Source of the DNA: a phage
Strand: one strand, 5' to 3'
DNA length: 64,000 bases
Sequence record: NC_103192.1
Below, one piece after another: positions 27,918-38,141 of the stretch. Within the stretch, counting starts at the first letter, position 1. Each line of letters opens with the position of its first letter. The translations under genes and the position numbers were made by a program. The notes under the pieces were generated by a model, which was given only the letters and a program-made list of their open reading frames with translations, made no database searches and was not told the DNA's origin.

Positions 27918-30900
27918 TGCCAATTGCAATGATTGATAACATCGTTGCTTCTGCAAGATCTTCAAGTTATGACTGGAACGCATCCAAGGCAGCTCTGGCT
28001 GACAGCCTGAACACTGTTACCACCAGAACTCTGGATAAGATTTTCGAAGGAAACAAATCTTACAGGAGTCAGCAAGATAGACAAAAACTTCTCAGATCTT
28101 CTGCTGCACCTTGCTCTGTAGTGTATGGGAAGACACGCACATCTGGGTTGCTTGCGTTTTTGGAGCAGGACAGGGACAGAACCCTTCATTGTGCTATTGT
28201 TCTTGCCAATCATCCCTTGGAAGGTATAGAAGATATACTTATCGACGGTAATCCTATTTCTTCGTATGGCGATTTGGTATCGTGGGAGTTACATACCGAC
28301 AGGAAAACCTCTGATCCTTTCATGGGCACACACTGCCCTTCATGGTCACCAGACATGATAGGCAGAGGGATCAGTTGGCTACGTGCCAGCTTCAAGTTTG
28401 ACCCTAACAAGTTTCCTTTTGGGTTGCCAAACGTTACACTTGTCAAGGTTGGTAAAAAATGCTATGATCCTCGTATCAGTAAAGAGGTGTATACCAATAA
28501 CGCGGCCTTGGTGATCCTAGACTATTTAAGAACGTACCTCAAATGTCCTGACGAAACCATTAACTGGGAGTCCTTCAAGGAGGCTGCCAACATATGCGAC
28601 GAGGCGGTAAAAAACGCTGACGGAACCAGTGAGCGACGTTACACCATTAACGGTGAGTTTGACATGGATGAGGCCCCAGCAAGCATTATGGCAGAAATGC
28701 TGAAAGCTTGTGGTGCAGATCTCAGCTATGTAGCTGGTAAGTATGGTTTGCTGGTTGGTGCATACTATGGCCCGGCAACAATGACACTGAGTGAGGATTG
28801 TGTCTGTGGTGAGGTCAAGATCTATCCGGAAGCCTCATTTGACAAAAGATCCAACACAATAACTGGCAGATTCACCAGTCCTACCAAAGGGTATTCTGAA
28901 ACAGATTTTCCATCAGTGTTTGTCCCAGAGTGGATAGAGAAGGATGGAGAAAGAAAGATAATCGATATAGACTATCGCTTTGTTACCAGCCCTTATCAAG
29001 CTCAGCGTGTTTCTGCAATCTTCTTAAGACGTGCCAGAGCTGGCAGGATTATTGAAGTCACCTGCAATATGCGAGGTTTTAAATTTAAGCCTGGCCGTTA
29101 TGTTACAATGGACCTCCCAAGTATTGGTATAGTGGGCCAAGAAATGAGGGTTCTTGAATGGGAGTTTACCAAAAAGGGTGGTGTCAAGGTAAAACTCCGT
29201 CAAGATGCTAAAGAGTGGAATGATGCCACAGGGCAACTTCCGGATTCTGGCGATGTAGATATTCCGATATCTCCATCTGGTGTAGCTCAACCGCAAAACT
29301 TCAGATATTCCGTTCTCCAAGCTGGAGAAGTAACTCACGGTGTTTTGGCTTGGGACAACGTTGGGACCTACGCTCAAAATATTGTGCAGGTAAGAAAGAA
29401 CGGAGAGATTGTTTGGACAGCACAAACAGTTGAGCAGTTTGTCCGAGTAGAAGGCTTGACCAAAGGGTCATACACAGCAACCGTGGTTGCAACATCTTAT
29501 AAAGGTGGCGTATCTCCGGAAGCATATTGTGAGTTCAACATTCAGGCACCTGAAGCTCCTGTTTCTGTAGAGGTTAAGCAAGGATACTTTGCTATCACCT
29601 TGATTCCGCATAGTAGGGATTTAGCAAGTGTTAGCACTCAGTACGACTTTTGGACATCTGGGATGACAAGATTGCCAGATACCAGTGATGCAACCGTTAC
29701 TTCAAAAGCCACCCGCATGGGTGTTGGTTCAACTTGGACATCTGAAGGTCTGCAGAACGATAAGATTTATTATTGGTATATTCGAACCACAAATGCTTTT
29801 GGTAGTTCTCAGTTTGTAGAGTGTGCTGCACGCTGCTATACCTCCATTGAAGATTTGATGCCTCAGATAGATGCTGAATTTAAAAAGACAGAAACTTATA
29901 AAGAGTTGATGAGCACTTTAGATTCCTCTATTGAAGAGGTTGAAAATCGTGTCACAGAACTTAACAAGTACATGGACGGAAGGGTAGATGAGGCATTCCA
30001 ACAACTTGGGGATAGGATAGGTGCTGTAGTTACAGAGACAACTCAGAAGTTTGAGGATGTCAATGGCAATATTACAGCGCTGGATAAGAAACTTGTTGCT
30101 GCACAGAACAAGTTCACCAACGATCTGAACACTGAAAGTGGAAGACTGGCATCCCTGATTGAGACAACCAATAAAGCAACCACTGATCTTCTGAACAAAA
30201 AGACAGAGGCTTTAGACGAGAAATTGGTTGCAGCCAAAGGGGAGTTGGTAGAACAAATAGGTGGAGTGGAGAGCGGATACCTTGCCGGAGATAAAACTCT
30301 GGATGGCAAGATCAATACCCAGAGAACAGAACTTGACGCAAGCATCTTGAGCACCAATAAGGCGACAGTGGATCTTCTTAACAGGACCTCTGAAACTCTG
30401 GATCAAAAGATCAGTCAGACAAACGCGACGGTATCTAAGAACTATACCACCCTTGACGGTAAGATAACTACCGCAAAAACTGATCTCAATACCTTGATTG
30501 CCAATACCAACAAGGCTACCACAGATTTGTTGAATCAGAAAACCTCTGCACTGTCAGAGCAGATAACTTCTGCACGTGGGGAGATTTCTACCAACAAACA
30601 GGCGATTAAGGATTTGGATGGGAAGCTGACCTCCACAAAAACAGCACTGGACGCTACAATCTCCGATACCAACAAAGCAACTGTGGATCTTATTAACGGC
30701 ACAGCGTCAGCTATTCGTCAAGAACTTGCTGTTGCTAAGCAGGAGATCATTAATGATGTTGGGGATGTATCAGAGCTAAGAGCTGCAGTGGCTACAACAT
30801 CTAAGGCTGTGACCGACTTAGAGGGCAAAGTAAATGCTCAATGGGGCACAAAAATACAGGTAGACTCCGCAGGGAATAAGTATGTGGCAGGTATCCAATT

Positions 30901-31756
30901 GGGCATGGAAGGCTCTGGAGGCCAAGTTCAATCATACTTCATGGTTAGTGCAAACAACTTTGCGGTATACAACCCCGGAAATGGAACAGCAACCCTTGCT
31001 TTCGCAATCAAGAACAACCAAGCGTTCTTGAAAGATGCTTTTATAGAGAACGGGACGATCTCTTCTGCCAAGATTGCACAAGAAATTTCGTCAAACAACT
31101 ACGATGGCAACGGGTACCATAAATACGGTCGGTATATTAACAAGAACGGGCACGCCCAGTTTATGGATGTGTGGGTGAAAGGTAATATCAACGCTAGTGC
31201 AGGTAACTTCACAGGGGCAGTTAACGCCACCAGTGGTACCTTCCGTGGAGATGTTTATGCCAATAATGGTAGCTTTAGAGGCACCATAGATGCAACAGGA
31301 GGTACATTCCGTGGACGTGTAGAAGCTTCCGTTATCCGTGCTAACCAGTTCGAAGGTGCAATCGTTGCACATAGGACCTATGGTGACTGCCCTCCGGTAT
31401 ATAACTCGCAGCAGAGGGTTTGCCGTTGGAGGTGGAGATATGTGGACAACGTGCAAGGCCAAGGTAAAAACGTAACATTCTTCTTTAAACTGAACGGTAC
31501 TCGTGCCAACTCTCAACTAAATGCGTGGATAGCTGGTCACCAATTACTTGCTGGCAAGAAGTACGGAAACGATAACGATGGCATGTGTGCAGTTGGGATA
31601 ACAGGTCTAGGTGAACAAACTATAGACATTATTATCGAGATTTACACACCATGGTCAACAGGGAACGTGACAGGCATTACAATATCTTGTCCTACAGTCG
31701 TTGTAAGTCGTTCTAACTCAAGTTTCCAAGGTCCTTGGAATGAGTCTCACGACTAA
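27917..31756 (+). CDS. lambda-J-like central tail fibre / host specificity protein (Phage-tail_3 domain)
   Basis: 1279 aa; N-terminal region (SVVYGKTRTSGLLAFLE...LHCAIVLANHPLEGIEDILIDGNPI...GRYVTMDLPSIGIVGQEMRVLEWEF) matches the gpJ-type domain pattern; central tandem coiled-coil repeats; Gly-rich C-terminus. Confidence 0.65.
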   Translation: MPIAMIDNIVASARSSSYDWNASKAALADSLNTVTTRTLDKIFEGNKSYRSQQDRQKLLRSSAAPCSVVYGKTRTSGLLAFLEQDRDRTLHCAIVLANHPLEGIEDILIDGNPISSYGDLVSWELHTDRKTSDPFMGTHCPSWSPDMIGRGISWLRASFKFDPNKFPFGLPNVTLVKVGKKCYDPRISKEVYTNNAALVILDYLRTYLKCPDETINWESFKEAANICDEAVKNADGTSERRYTINGEFDMDEAPASIMAEMLKACGADLSYVAGKYGLLVGAYYGPATMTLSEDCVCGEVKIYPEASFDKRSNTITGRFTSPTKGYSETDFPSVFVPEWIEKDGERKIIDIDYRFVTSPYQAQRVSAIFLRRARAGRIIEVTCNMRGFKFKPGRYVTMDLPSIGIVGQEMRVLEWEFTKKGGVKVKLRQDAKEWNDATGQLPDSGDVDIPISPSGVAQPQNFRYSVLQAGEVTHGVLAWDNVGTYAQNIVQVRKNGEIVWTAQTVEQFVRVEGLTKGSYTATVVATSYKGGVSPEAYCEFNIQAPEAPVSVEVKQGYFAITLIPHSRDLASVSTQYDFWTSGMTRLPDTSDATVTSKATRMGVGSTWTSEGLQNDKIYYWYIRTTNAFGSSQFVECAARCYTSIEDLMPQIDAEFKKTETYKELMSTLDSSIEEVENRVTELNKYMDGRVDEAFQQLGDRIGAVVTETTQKFEDVNGNITALDKKLVAAQNKFTNDLNTESGRLASLIETTNKATTDLLNKKTEALDEKLVAAKGELVEQIGGVESGYLAGDKTLDGKINTQRTELDASILSTNKATVDLLNRTSETLDQKISQTNATVSKNYTTLDGKITTAKTDLNTLIANTNKATTDLLNQKTSALSEQITSARGEISTNKQAIKDLDGKLTSTKTALDATISDTNKATVDLINGTASAIRQELAVAKQEIINDVGDVSELRAAVATTSKAVTDLEGKVNAQWGTKIQVDSAGNKYVAGIQLGMEGSGGQVQSYFMVSANNFAVYNPGNGTATLAFAIKNNQAFLKDAFIENGTISSAKIAQEISSNNYDGNGYHKYGRYINKNGHAQFMDVWVKGNINASAGNFTGAVNATSGTFRGDVYANNGSFRGTIDATGGTFRGRVEASVIRANQFEGAIVAHRTYGDCPPVYNSQQRVCRWRWRYVDNVQGQGKNVTFFFKLNGTRANSQLNAWIAGHQLLAGKKYGNDNDGMCAVGITGLGEQTIDIIIEIYTPWSTGNVTGITISCPTVVVSRSNSSFQGPWNESHD
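30064..30790 (+). repeat. tandem ~50-aa coiled-coil repeats inside the J-like gene
   Basis: repeated unit ...LDGKI.T.KT.L...I..TNKAT.DLLN... at least four times at protein level, with correspondingly similar DNA units. Confidence 0.5.
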
Positions 31757-31763
31757 CAGTAAA

Positions 31764-31790
31764 GCCCCGCTTCGGCGGGGTTTATTTTTA
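31764..31790 (+). terminator. rho-independent terminator with UUCG tetraloop
   Basis: GCCCCGC-TTCG-GCGGGG then TTTATTTTTA. Confidence 0.75.
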
Positions 31791-31798
31791 TGCTCAGA

Positions 31799-31827
31799 TT
31801 GACTATTGTTACAAAATTTGGTAAAAT
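31799..31827 (+). promoter_or_regulatory. promoter TTGACT-17-TGgTAAAAT
   Basis: -35 at 31799-31804, extended -10 at 31819-31827. Confidence 0.6.
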
Positions 31828-31860
31828 ACCTTGTAGAGATTTTCATACCGGAGGAGTGAC

Positions 31861-33351
31861 GTGGCTAAGTATGGATTGACAGAGGCTGGTTTCGTTATAC
31901 CAACCCTAAATGACCTAATCGTTGAAACTAAGCAAAGCCTGATCCGTGCTTTTGGCGAAAACTTCAACGTACAGAGTAACTCCGTTGCAGATAAGCTGAC
32001 CACTATCTTCAACGAGCGAGAGTATCAACTTATTCTTATGGCAGCATCTGTATACGCATCGCAGACGCTGTATGGGGCAGAAGGTATTTACCTGGATGAG
32101 CTTCTTGGAAGACAGGGTATTTACCGAAGAGGCCGTTCTAAATCATCAGGTACCTGCCAGTTGACAATCAACACAACTGTGCCGTACAATATGATTTATG
32201 ATTCCAAAACTTATACGCTGGACAGTGGCAACTTTGTTCTTAGCAACGATGTGCAAGTAGCAGGGAATCTTATTGCTCACAGAATAAATGCTCCAGACCT
32301 AAGGATTGGGAAATACAACTTTCAAATTACCAACCAGACAGATGGAAGCATCAAAACAAAAAGTCTGGTTTTAACCGATAAGTCTCTGGACTCTTCTGAT
32401 TTACCAAGCTTTTACGGCGAGATTAAGCAATTCATTGTAGATAATACAACCCTGTTGAACGACGATTTGATTCAGATCGATATGTTGACAGGAACGTTGT
32501 GGATAGGATACAATTCGAATCTTGATCAAGTTGGGCTTAATAGCAGAGTAGATTTCAGAGTATCCCCGATTGTAGGTGAAAGAACTATCACCCTAGATGT
32601 TATCGCTAACGAGGCTGGTGAGCTGTCAAGAGAGGCAGAAACCGTGACAACAATGTCGCCTACTCCCAGCGGATTTATCAAGCTTACCAACCGAGAAAGA
32701 TTCAATGAGGGCAGGGATGTTGAGAAGGACTCAGAGTATCGCTTAAGAGCTTCCAGCACTAAACAGTTGACATCTAAAGCTACCCGTCCTGCAATCCTTA
32801 GCGCTGTAAGCGAGGTGAAAGGTGTTGAGAAAGTAAGAGTGTTCTCTAACAACACCGATAAAACGGATGCGAAAGGTATACCACCTTATAAGTTTCAAGT
32901 GGTGGTGTTTGGTGGTGCAACAGAGGATATCTGTCAGGCGCTGTATCAAACCATAGCTTGCACAAACAGAACTTATGGGAATATCTTCTACGATATTACC
33001 ACATCAGACGGTCAAACTGAAAGGATTTATTACTCCAAGGCAAATACCTACCGCCTAGATGTAAGAATTACCTACTCAGGTGCTGCGCTTTCCACAACCG
33101 AAAAAGATGCCATTACAGAGGCTCTTTTGCAGGTTGTTAACGGCTTGGATGTTGCCGATACGTTGTACAATATCCAATTGGTCGGTGCTGCATCAGCTGC
33201 TGTGTCAATAGGCAGATTTAACAGACTGGTAATTCAAGTTAAACCTGTTGGAGCCTCTGATGAAGCTTACACTACAAACGATATTGTTGCGAACATGACC
33301 GAGGTGTTTGACCTCGATGAAAGTAATATAACTTTCCAACAAACTATTTAA
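31861..33351 (+). CDS. baseplate J-like protein (gp6/gpJ family)
   Basis: 496 aa, GTG start with GGAGGAG RBS; N-terminal pattern (...GFVIPTLNDLIVETK...GAEGIYLDELLGRQGIYRRG...) recalled as baseplate-J-like. Confidence 0.5.
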   Translation: MAKYGLTEAGFVIPTLNDLIVETKQSLIRAFGENFNVQSNSVADKLTTIFNEREYQLILMAASVYASQTLYGAEGIYLDELLGRQGIYRRGRSKSSGTCQLTINTTVPYNMIYDSKTYTLDSGNFVLSNDVQVAGNLIAHRINAPDLRIGKYNFQITNQTDGSIKTKSLVLTDKSLDSSDLPSFYGEIKQFIVDNTTLLNDDLIQIDMLTGTLWIGYNSNLDQVGLNSRVDFRVSPIVGERTITLDVIANEAGELSREAETVTTMSPTPSGFIKLTNRERFNEGRDVEKDSEYRLRASSTKQLTSKATRPAILSAVSEVKGVEKVRVFSNNTDKTDAKGIPPYKFQVVVFGGATEDICQALYQTIACTNRTYGNIFYDITTSDGQTERIYYSKANTYRLDVRITYSGAALSTTEKDAITEALLQVVNGLDVADTLYNIQLVGAASAAVSIGRFNRLVIQVKPVGASDEAYTTNDIVANMTEVFDLDESNITFQQTI

Positions 33352-33362
33352 GGCGGCGGGAT

Positions 33363-34049
33363 ATGGCAGAGATTAAGTCGGATGTTAACCACATCCACAC
33401 TCTGCCAGATTTTGTTCAGGGGGGTCTTGATTACCTCCCTGGGGATTTTCTGGCTGAGAAGGTTAATTTAGTCACATTCTTAACCGTATACCTTAAAAGG
33501 TTGGAGAATGTTGATAAAATGCTGGTAGGCTTGGCTGAAGGAAGATTGCTTAACAATGCCAGCGGGAGATACCTTGACGAAGTTGGTAATCAACTTGGTA
33601 TTCTTAGGAATGGTCTTTCAGACGCGGATTTTCGTGCTACGCTGATTATTCAGCAGGCAGCATCATCAAGAGGTGGTACTCGCGAAGATGTCATCTCCAC
33701 CTTGCGACAATTGTTCGGAAGAGACAATTTCGATACGTGGAAAGGTGACAACTTTAGATTTGACATAAATATTAGAAAAACTTGCTTCGACATATTACAG
33801 TCCATCGATCAGATCTTAGATATGCTGCCATTGCCTTGTCATTTGCGTCTTACAGAATCGCAAGGGCAAGCTTTTGGTTTTGAAGGAGACTCTACAGCTC
33901 TTGGCTTCGGATCAGTGTGGGAAGAAAACCAGTTCGGAGTTGGTGGGCTGGCTACTTTGCTGTATGTTCCTGACGTAAGACCTGATTGGGACACCACAAC
34001 TATTTATTGTGAAAGTATTACAGTAAACGCAACTAGACAGGAGGGTTAA
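33363..34049 (+). CDS. putative baseplate wedge protein (gpI-like)
   Basis: 228 aa, immediately downstream of the J-like baseplate gene; synteny only. Confidence 0.4.
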   Translation: MAEIKSDVNHIHTLPDFVQGGLDYLPGDFLAEKVNLVTFLTVYLKRLENVDKMLVGLAEGRLLNNASGRYLDEVGNQLGILRNGLSDADFRATLIIQQAASSRGGTREDVISTLRQLFGRDNFDTWKGDNFRFDINIRKTCFDILQSIDQILDMLPLPCHLRLTESQGQAFGFEGDSTALGFGSVWEENQFGVGGLATLLYVPDVRPDWDTTTIYCESITVNATRQEG

Positions 34050-36121
34050 TGGCAACAGCTGTTTTTAAACCTTACCGTGATTACTCTACGATGGCTGCAC
34101 GGTTTCATTACCGCACAGTTCAGGATACTGCAGTTCCAGGTAGGGATTATGATCATGTTGAGGGAGATGTAACTATCCCGGTTGGAGCAACCAGTATTGA
34201 GATCCCTGTAGAAATTGTTGACAAATTGCCAAACAGGTTGCCAAGAAGCTTCTTTATGGAGTTTTCATCAAACTCCCAAGGGGTTATGATTGGAACACAA
34301 AGAGCGAAATGTACAATAGTTTCAGATGAGAATCTTGACAGAATATCTTGGGATACCGTTGAGGAGAGAATGTTTCACCCAAGATATTGGGTTACAACCA
34401 CACAGCAGACTGAAAGCACCTGCATTGTTGCGGATAATAACTGCTGTATTAACCGTTTAGTGTCAAGAACATATGGAGGCATGGCTGGGTGCATTTGGGA
34501 AACAGTTGACAAGTATGACCATTTCGGCATTGGATTTGATGATCACTACGAGATGAGAAACACCAAGCTTTGGTTCAGAATGTCAATAACCAATGCCAGC
34601 AACTTCTCCACCCCTGAAAAGATGATTATGACTGTAGACCTTGTTGACGGCACAATCATCTATGTTCCTTTAGCTCAATATGCTGTCAGCATCTCAGAGG
34701 ATAAGAATGTTGCAGAAATTCATATTGATTTCGAGGACTGCGTCGGGATGGACCAGAACAACAATATGATGGGTGTTGATCCTCGGCAGGTGAGAAAGAT
34801 TTTAATACCGCTTATGCCTAAAGATTGGGTAAGTAATAGCACAGACCCAAGAACGGAAAATGTAGAGTGCGAGTTGCGTCTAGATCTGCTTCAGCCGGAC
34901 ACAGGCTGGAAAATGATGCAACTTAACAATATCCAGGTGAAAGAGCACGACGTCGGGATCTGCACAGCATATGACGATATGTGGAACGTATCCCCTTTAA
35001 GGGTGTTGAGCAATATCAAGCGTCTGGGCTATACCGGAACCATAAATCATTATGTTGGTATGAGTCATTATTATGACTACACATGGTCAGGAACCCAATG
35101 GTCTATAAACAAAACAGGGGCTCTAAACGCTGCAGCTTATAAATGGCATGATGATTTTATGTACAATGCCAAACGACATGACTTCGACGTTATGCAGTCT
35201 GTAAGCTTCGAGCTTTATAGCGATGCCTGTCCGTTGGAATGGACCCAGAGAGACTGGAACGATAACTACGCTAAAACAGGATATACACCTTGTAGCTACC
35301 TCCTGTCTCCAACCATTGAAGAGGGTATGAATTTCCTTACTGCAGTATTTAAGAATTTTGCATCAGCCGCTATGAGAAACAACCTGCCAGTGATTATGCA
35401 GGTTGGTGAACCGTGGTGGTGGTACAATACCGATACTCGTAGACCTTGTATTTATGATTACCCTACAAAGCAGGCGTTTTATGATGAGACAGGTGAGTAT
35501 GCATTAGATATTGGGACTATTGACGATCCTAAAACTGGTGGTGTTTACGACAAGTATGTAGCATTTTGTCGTGGTAAGCTTGGCGCTCGTATTGCGGCTA
35601 TTTCAAAGGCAATAAAAGCACACGCTGCATCGGCTCAGATGACAGCTTTACTGTTTTTCCCCACTATTATGGAAACCGAGCTTACGCAAAAACTGAACCT
35701 TGCTGACCAATATAAAAAGGAAGCAGGCGCTCTTGATTTCTTCTGCACTGAGTGCTACGATTGGGTGATGCAGGGAGGTATTGAAAAGGCAAAAGAGTCT
35801 GTAAACATACCTATCGTTAAGTTAGGTTGGAAACCGTCTGAAATACAATACCTTGCAGGGTTCGTTCCTAGCAAAGAGCTTGCTCCGGTATATGGCTACG
35901 ACCCAACCAGGAATTACCAAGAATTTTTATGGAGATGTATTTGCGGAAACATGGCAACCATAGAGTATAGATACCCTGAGGTAAAACAGTATGTGTGGGC
36001 ATACCCGCAAGTAATGTCTGACAGCATCACTGTTACCGCCAGAGATTCTACCGTGCTTCATATGGGACAGGTTGCTCTGAAAGGGTATGTAGAAGATGTT
36101 GTCCCGCCAGACTTCTCATAA
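34049..36121 (+). CDS. tail fibre/spike protein with N-terminal Calx-beta-like domain
   Basis: 690 aa; residues ~15-95 (FHYRTVQDTAVPGRDYDHVEGDVTIPVGATSIEIPVEIVDK) fit the Calx-beta pattern; Trp/Tyr-rich C-terminal body. Confidence 0.5.
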   Translation: MATAVFKPYRDYSTMAARFHYRTVQDTAVPGRDYDHVEGDVTIPVGATSIEIPVEIVDKLPNRLPRSFFMEFSSNSQGVMIGTQRAKCTIVSDENLDRISWDTVEERMFHPRYWVTTTQQTESTCIVADNNCCINRLVSRTYGGMAGCIWETVDKYDHFGIGFDDHYEMRNTKLWFRMSITNASNFSTPEKMIMTVDLVDGTIIYVPLAQYAVSISEDKNVAEIHIDFEDCVGMDQNNNMMGVDPRQVRKILIPLMPKDWVSNSTDPRTENVECELRLDLLQPDTGWKMMQLNNIQVKEHDVGICTAYDDMWNVSPLRVLSNIKRLGYTGTINHYVGMSHYYDYTWSGTQWSINKTGALNAAAYKWHDDFMYNAKRHDFDVMQSVSFELYSDACPLEWTQRDWNDNYAKTGYTPCSYLLSPTIEEGMNFLTAVFKNFASAAMRNNLPVIMQVGEPWWWYNTDTRRPCIYDYPTKQAFYDETGEYALDIGTIDDPKTGGVYDKYVAFCRGKLGARIAAISKAIKAHAASAQMTALLFFPTIMETELTQKLNLADQYKKEAGALDFFCTECYDWVMQGGIEKAKESVNIPIVKLGWKPSEIQYLAGFVPSKELAPVYGYDPTRNYQEFLWRCICGNMATIEYRYPEVKQYVWAYPQVMSDSITVTARDSTVLHMGQVALKGYVEDVVPPDFS

Positions 36122-36133
36122 TCAGGAGATAAA

Positions 36134-37174
36134 ATGTCAAAACCTAGTTTTCCATTAGAGATTTGGGCAGAGGAGGATCAGGTTCTGCCTAACACCCACA
36201 GACAGAACAGGCTACGCCCGATTGATGATTTGTGGAGAAAAGGTTGGGATCTTGGTCAAAAGCCATCCTGTGAAGAACTTAACTATATTTTCAATATGCT
36301 CGGGACTTGGGCAAAATACATTGCTGACGAGCAGATCCCCGCTCAAGAAGGCCGTTATCTGGTACGTGATAATAACTTGAGTGATCTTTTGAACATCCCT
36401 GTTGCCCGTAGAAACCTTGGTATTATTACTAAGGAAGAGGCAGACGCCAGGTATGTGAAAGTTGCAGGTGATACAATGACAGGCCCATTGGGTTTGCAAC
36501 GTATCAACTTTAAAGCTGCCGATACAGATAAGGCTTGGATAGAGACAACTATTGGCCCAGATAAGACAACCCTTGACTTTGGGTTAAGTGATAATATTGG
36601 GGCGTTCGATGATGGTGGCACATCTACAGTAGATGCGTTCCGTTGGAGATTCCAGCCAACTCAGCCGGACATTAACCCAGAGTTCACTCTGATGTACCTG
36701 AACGCAATCACGGCTAATCGTGCGTTGTTGAAAGTGGTGGGCAATGTTGAAGTTGTTGATAACATGCGATGTAATAACCTCACCATTAGCAGCACAGCAA
36801 CATTCACCAACTGCAATGTAGCTAGTCAGTTGACGGCTGGGTCAGTATATGTCAATGGTGGTGCAAGTTGTGACAGTATGGTTGTAAGAAGCCAGCATTG
36901 TGTTGTCGGTAACAGAAATGTGGTGCGCTCTGTGAATGGAGTGACGGCTAACGGCAACGGAGATGTAACGATCACCATCCCGCAGACAGGTGTACAGGAT
37001 ATCAGAATCGGTGCAAGACTTGTTGACGGTGTTTCTGAATCTCCGGTTCGCAACGGTTATGTTGTCACAGGTTGGCATTTTGGTGATAAAAAAGAGATGC
37101 GTGGTTCAACCTACTGGGCAGGACCTTTACAAAAACTTGTAAATGGTCAATGGATCACTGTTAATTATGCGTAG
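36134..37174 (+). CDS. tail fibre protein, paralogue A
   Basis: 346 aa; contains GDTMTGPL fibre motif; ends ...YWAGPLQKLVNGQWITVNYA; paralogous along its whole length to the 38189 gene product. Confidence 0.6.
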   Translation: MSKPSFPLEIWAEEDQVLPNTHRQNRLRPIDDLWRKGWDLGQKPSCEELNYIFNMLGTWAKYIADEQIPAQEGRYLVRDNNLSDLLNIPVARRNLGIITKEEADARYVKVAGDTMTGPLGLQRINFKAADTDKAWIETTIGPDKTTLDFGLSDNIGAFDDGGTSTVDAFRWRFQPTQPDINPEFTLMYLNAITANRALLKVVGNVEVVDNMRCNNLTISSTATFTNCNVASQLTAGSVYVNGGASCDSMVVRSQHCVVGNRNVVRSVNGVTANGNGDVTITIPQTGVQDIRIGARLVDGVSESPVRNGYVVTGWHFGDKKEMRGSTYWAGPLQKLVNGQWITVNYA

Positions 37175-37188
37175 ATCGGAGGACTAGC

Positions 37189-37773
37189 ATGAAAATACTT
37201 CAAGAGTTTAAACTTTACCAGCCGGGATCTGGCGAATACTACACCAACAAGGAGACCAAGGAGCTGACTCCTCAGGAGGTTGAGGATTACACAGCATACA
37301 CTGGATATTTTTTACGTAATGATGATGGCGATTGGTATGTGCAATCACGAACACTGCGACAAGAAAATCCAGGCTGTATCTTCCTACTTGTTGACGAGAA
37401 GGGTATTCTTAAGACATCTACAGAAGAACCTGATGCCTTGTGGCCTGCTCCAGGTCTTCGTGTGGTTATCGCCAAAAAAGAAGAGGTACCAGAAAACATT
37501 ATGCTCCACCACGACGCTTTGCGTTTAGTTGGTGATGAATTTGTCACAGACAATGAATTCTTTGTTCAACAGGCAGAGGGTGTCATAGAGACAGAACTTG
37601 CTTGGGCTACTGCTAGAATTGGTGCCTATCAAGACATGATTGACCTTGAATACGATCTTACTGATGACCAAAAACGCAACATCAGAGATTTGAAAATGTA
37701 CAGGGTAAAACTTCTTGAAATAGATACATCTAAAGCCCCTGACATTTTCTTCCCGGAACGACCTACCCTCTAA
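37189..37773 (+). CDS. tail fibre assembly chaperone (Tfa-like)
   Basis: 194 aa; C-terminal ...AWATARIGAYQDMIDLEYDLTDDQKRNIRDLKMYRVKLLEIDTSKAPDIFFPERP fits the conserved Tfa C-terminal pattern. Confidence 0.55.
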   Translation: MKILQEFKLYQPGSGEYYTNKETKELTPQEVEDYTAYTGYFLRNDDGDWYVQSRTLRQENPGCIFLLVDEKGILKTSTEEPDALWPAPGLRVVIAKKEEVPENIMLHHDALRLVGDEFVTDNEFFVQQAEGVIETELAWATARIGAYQDMIDLEYDLTDDQKRNIRDLKMYRVKLLEIDTSKAPDIFFPERPTL

Positions 37774-37784
37774 GAGGAGGTGTT

Positions 37785-38099
37785 GTGGAGTTGGATTTGG
37801 CGGCATTGTACGGTATCTGCATGGGTACCGTTGTCCCGATCTGTGTATGGGCTTTCAACCAGTGGCACACCAAATGGAAAGGCATTTCCAAGAGGTTGGA
37901 TGAACTGGAGAAAGACCTCATCTTAGTGAAAAACAGTATGGTTACAAAAGATAAACTTGATTCCGTTATAGAGACCCGGTTAAGCAAGCTAGAGGCCGAT
38001 ATTAACGACCTTAAGCAGGATGTCAGGACAGATGTCTCCGGTATCCGAGCCGATGTACAAAAGATTTTGCACATGCTCGTAGAGCATAGTAAAAGGTAA
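37785..38099 (+). CDS. small membrane-anchored coiled-coil protein (spanin-like?)
   Basis: 104 aa; N-terminal hydrophobic helix then heptad-like region; GTG start 4 nt after GAGGAGG. Confidence 0.4.
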   Translation: MELDLAALYGICMGTVVPICVWAFNQWHTKWKGISKRLDELEKDLILVKNSMVTKDKLDSVIETRLSKLEADINDLKQDVRTDVSGIRADVQKILHMLVEHSKR

Positions 38100-38108
38100 A
38101 CAAAGGTC

Positions 38109-38141
38109 AGAACGGAAAGGACTCCGTTCTTGCATTTTGTT
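38109..38141 (+). terminator. hairpin AGAACGGA-AAGGAC-TCCGTTCT + TGCATTTTGTT
   Basis: 8-bp stem; U-tract overlaps the next promoter's -35. Confidence 0.5.
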
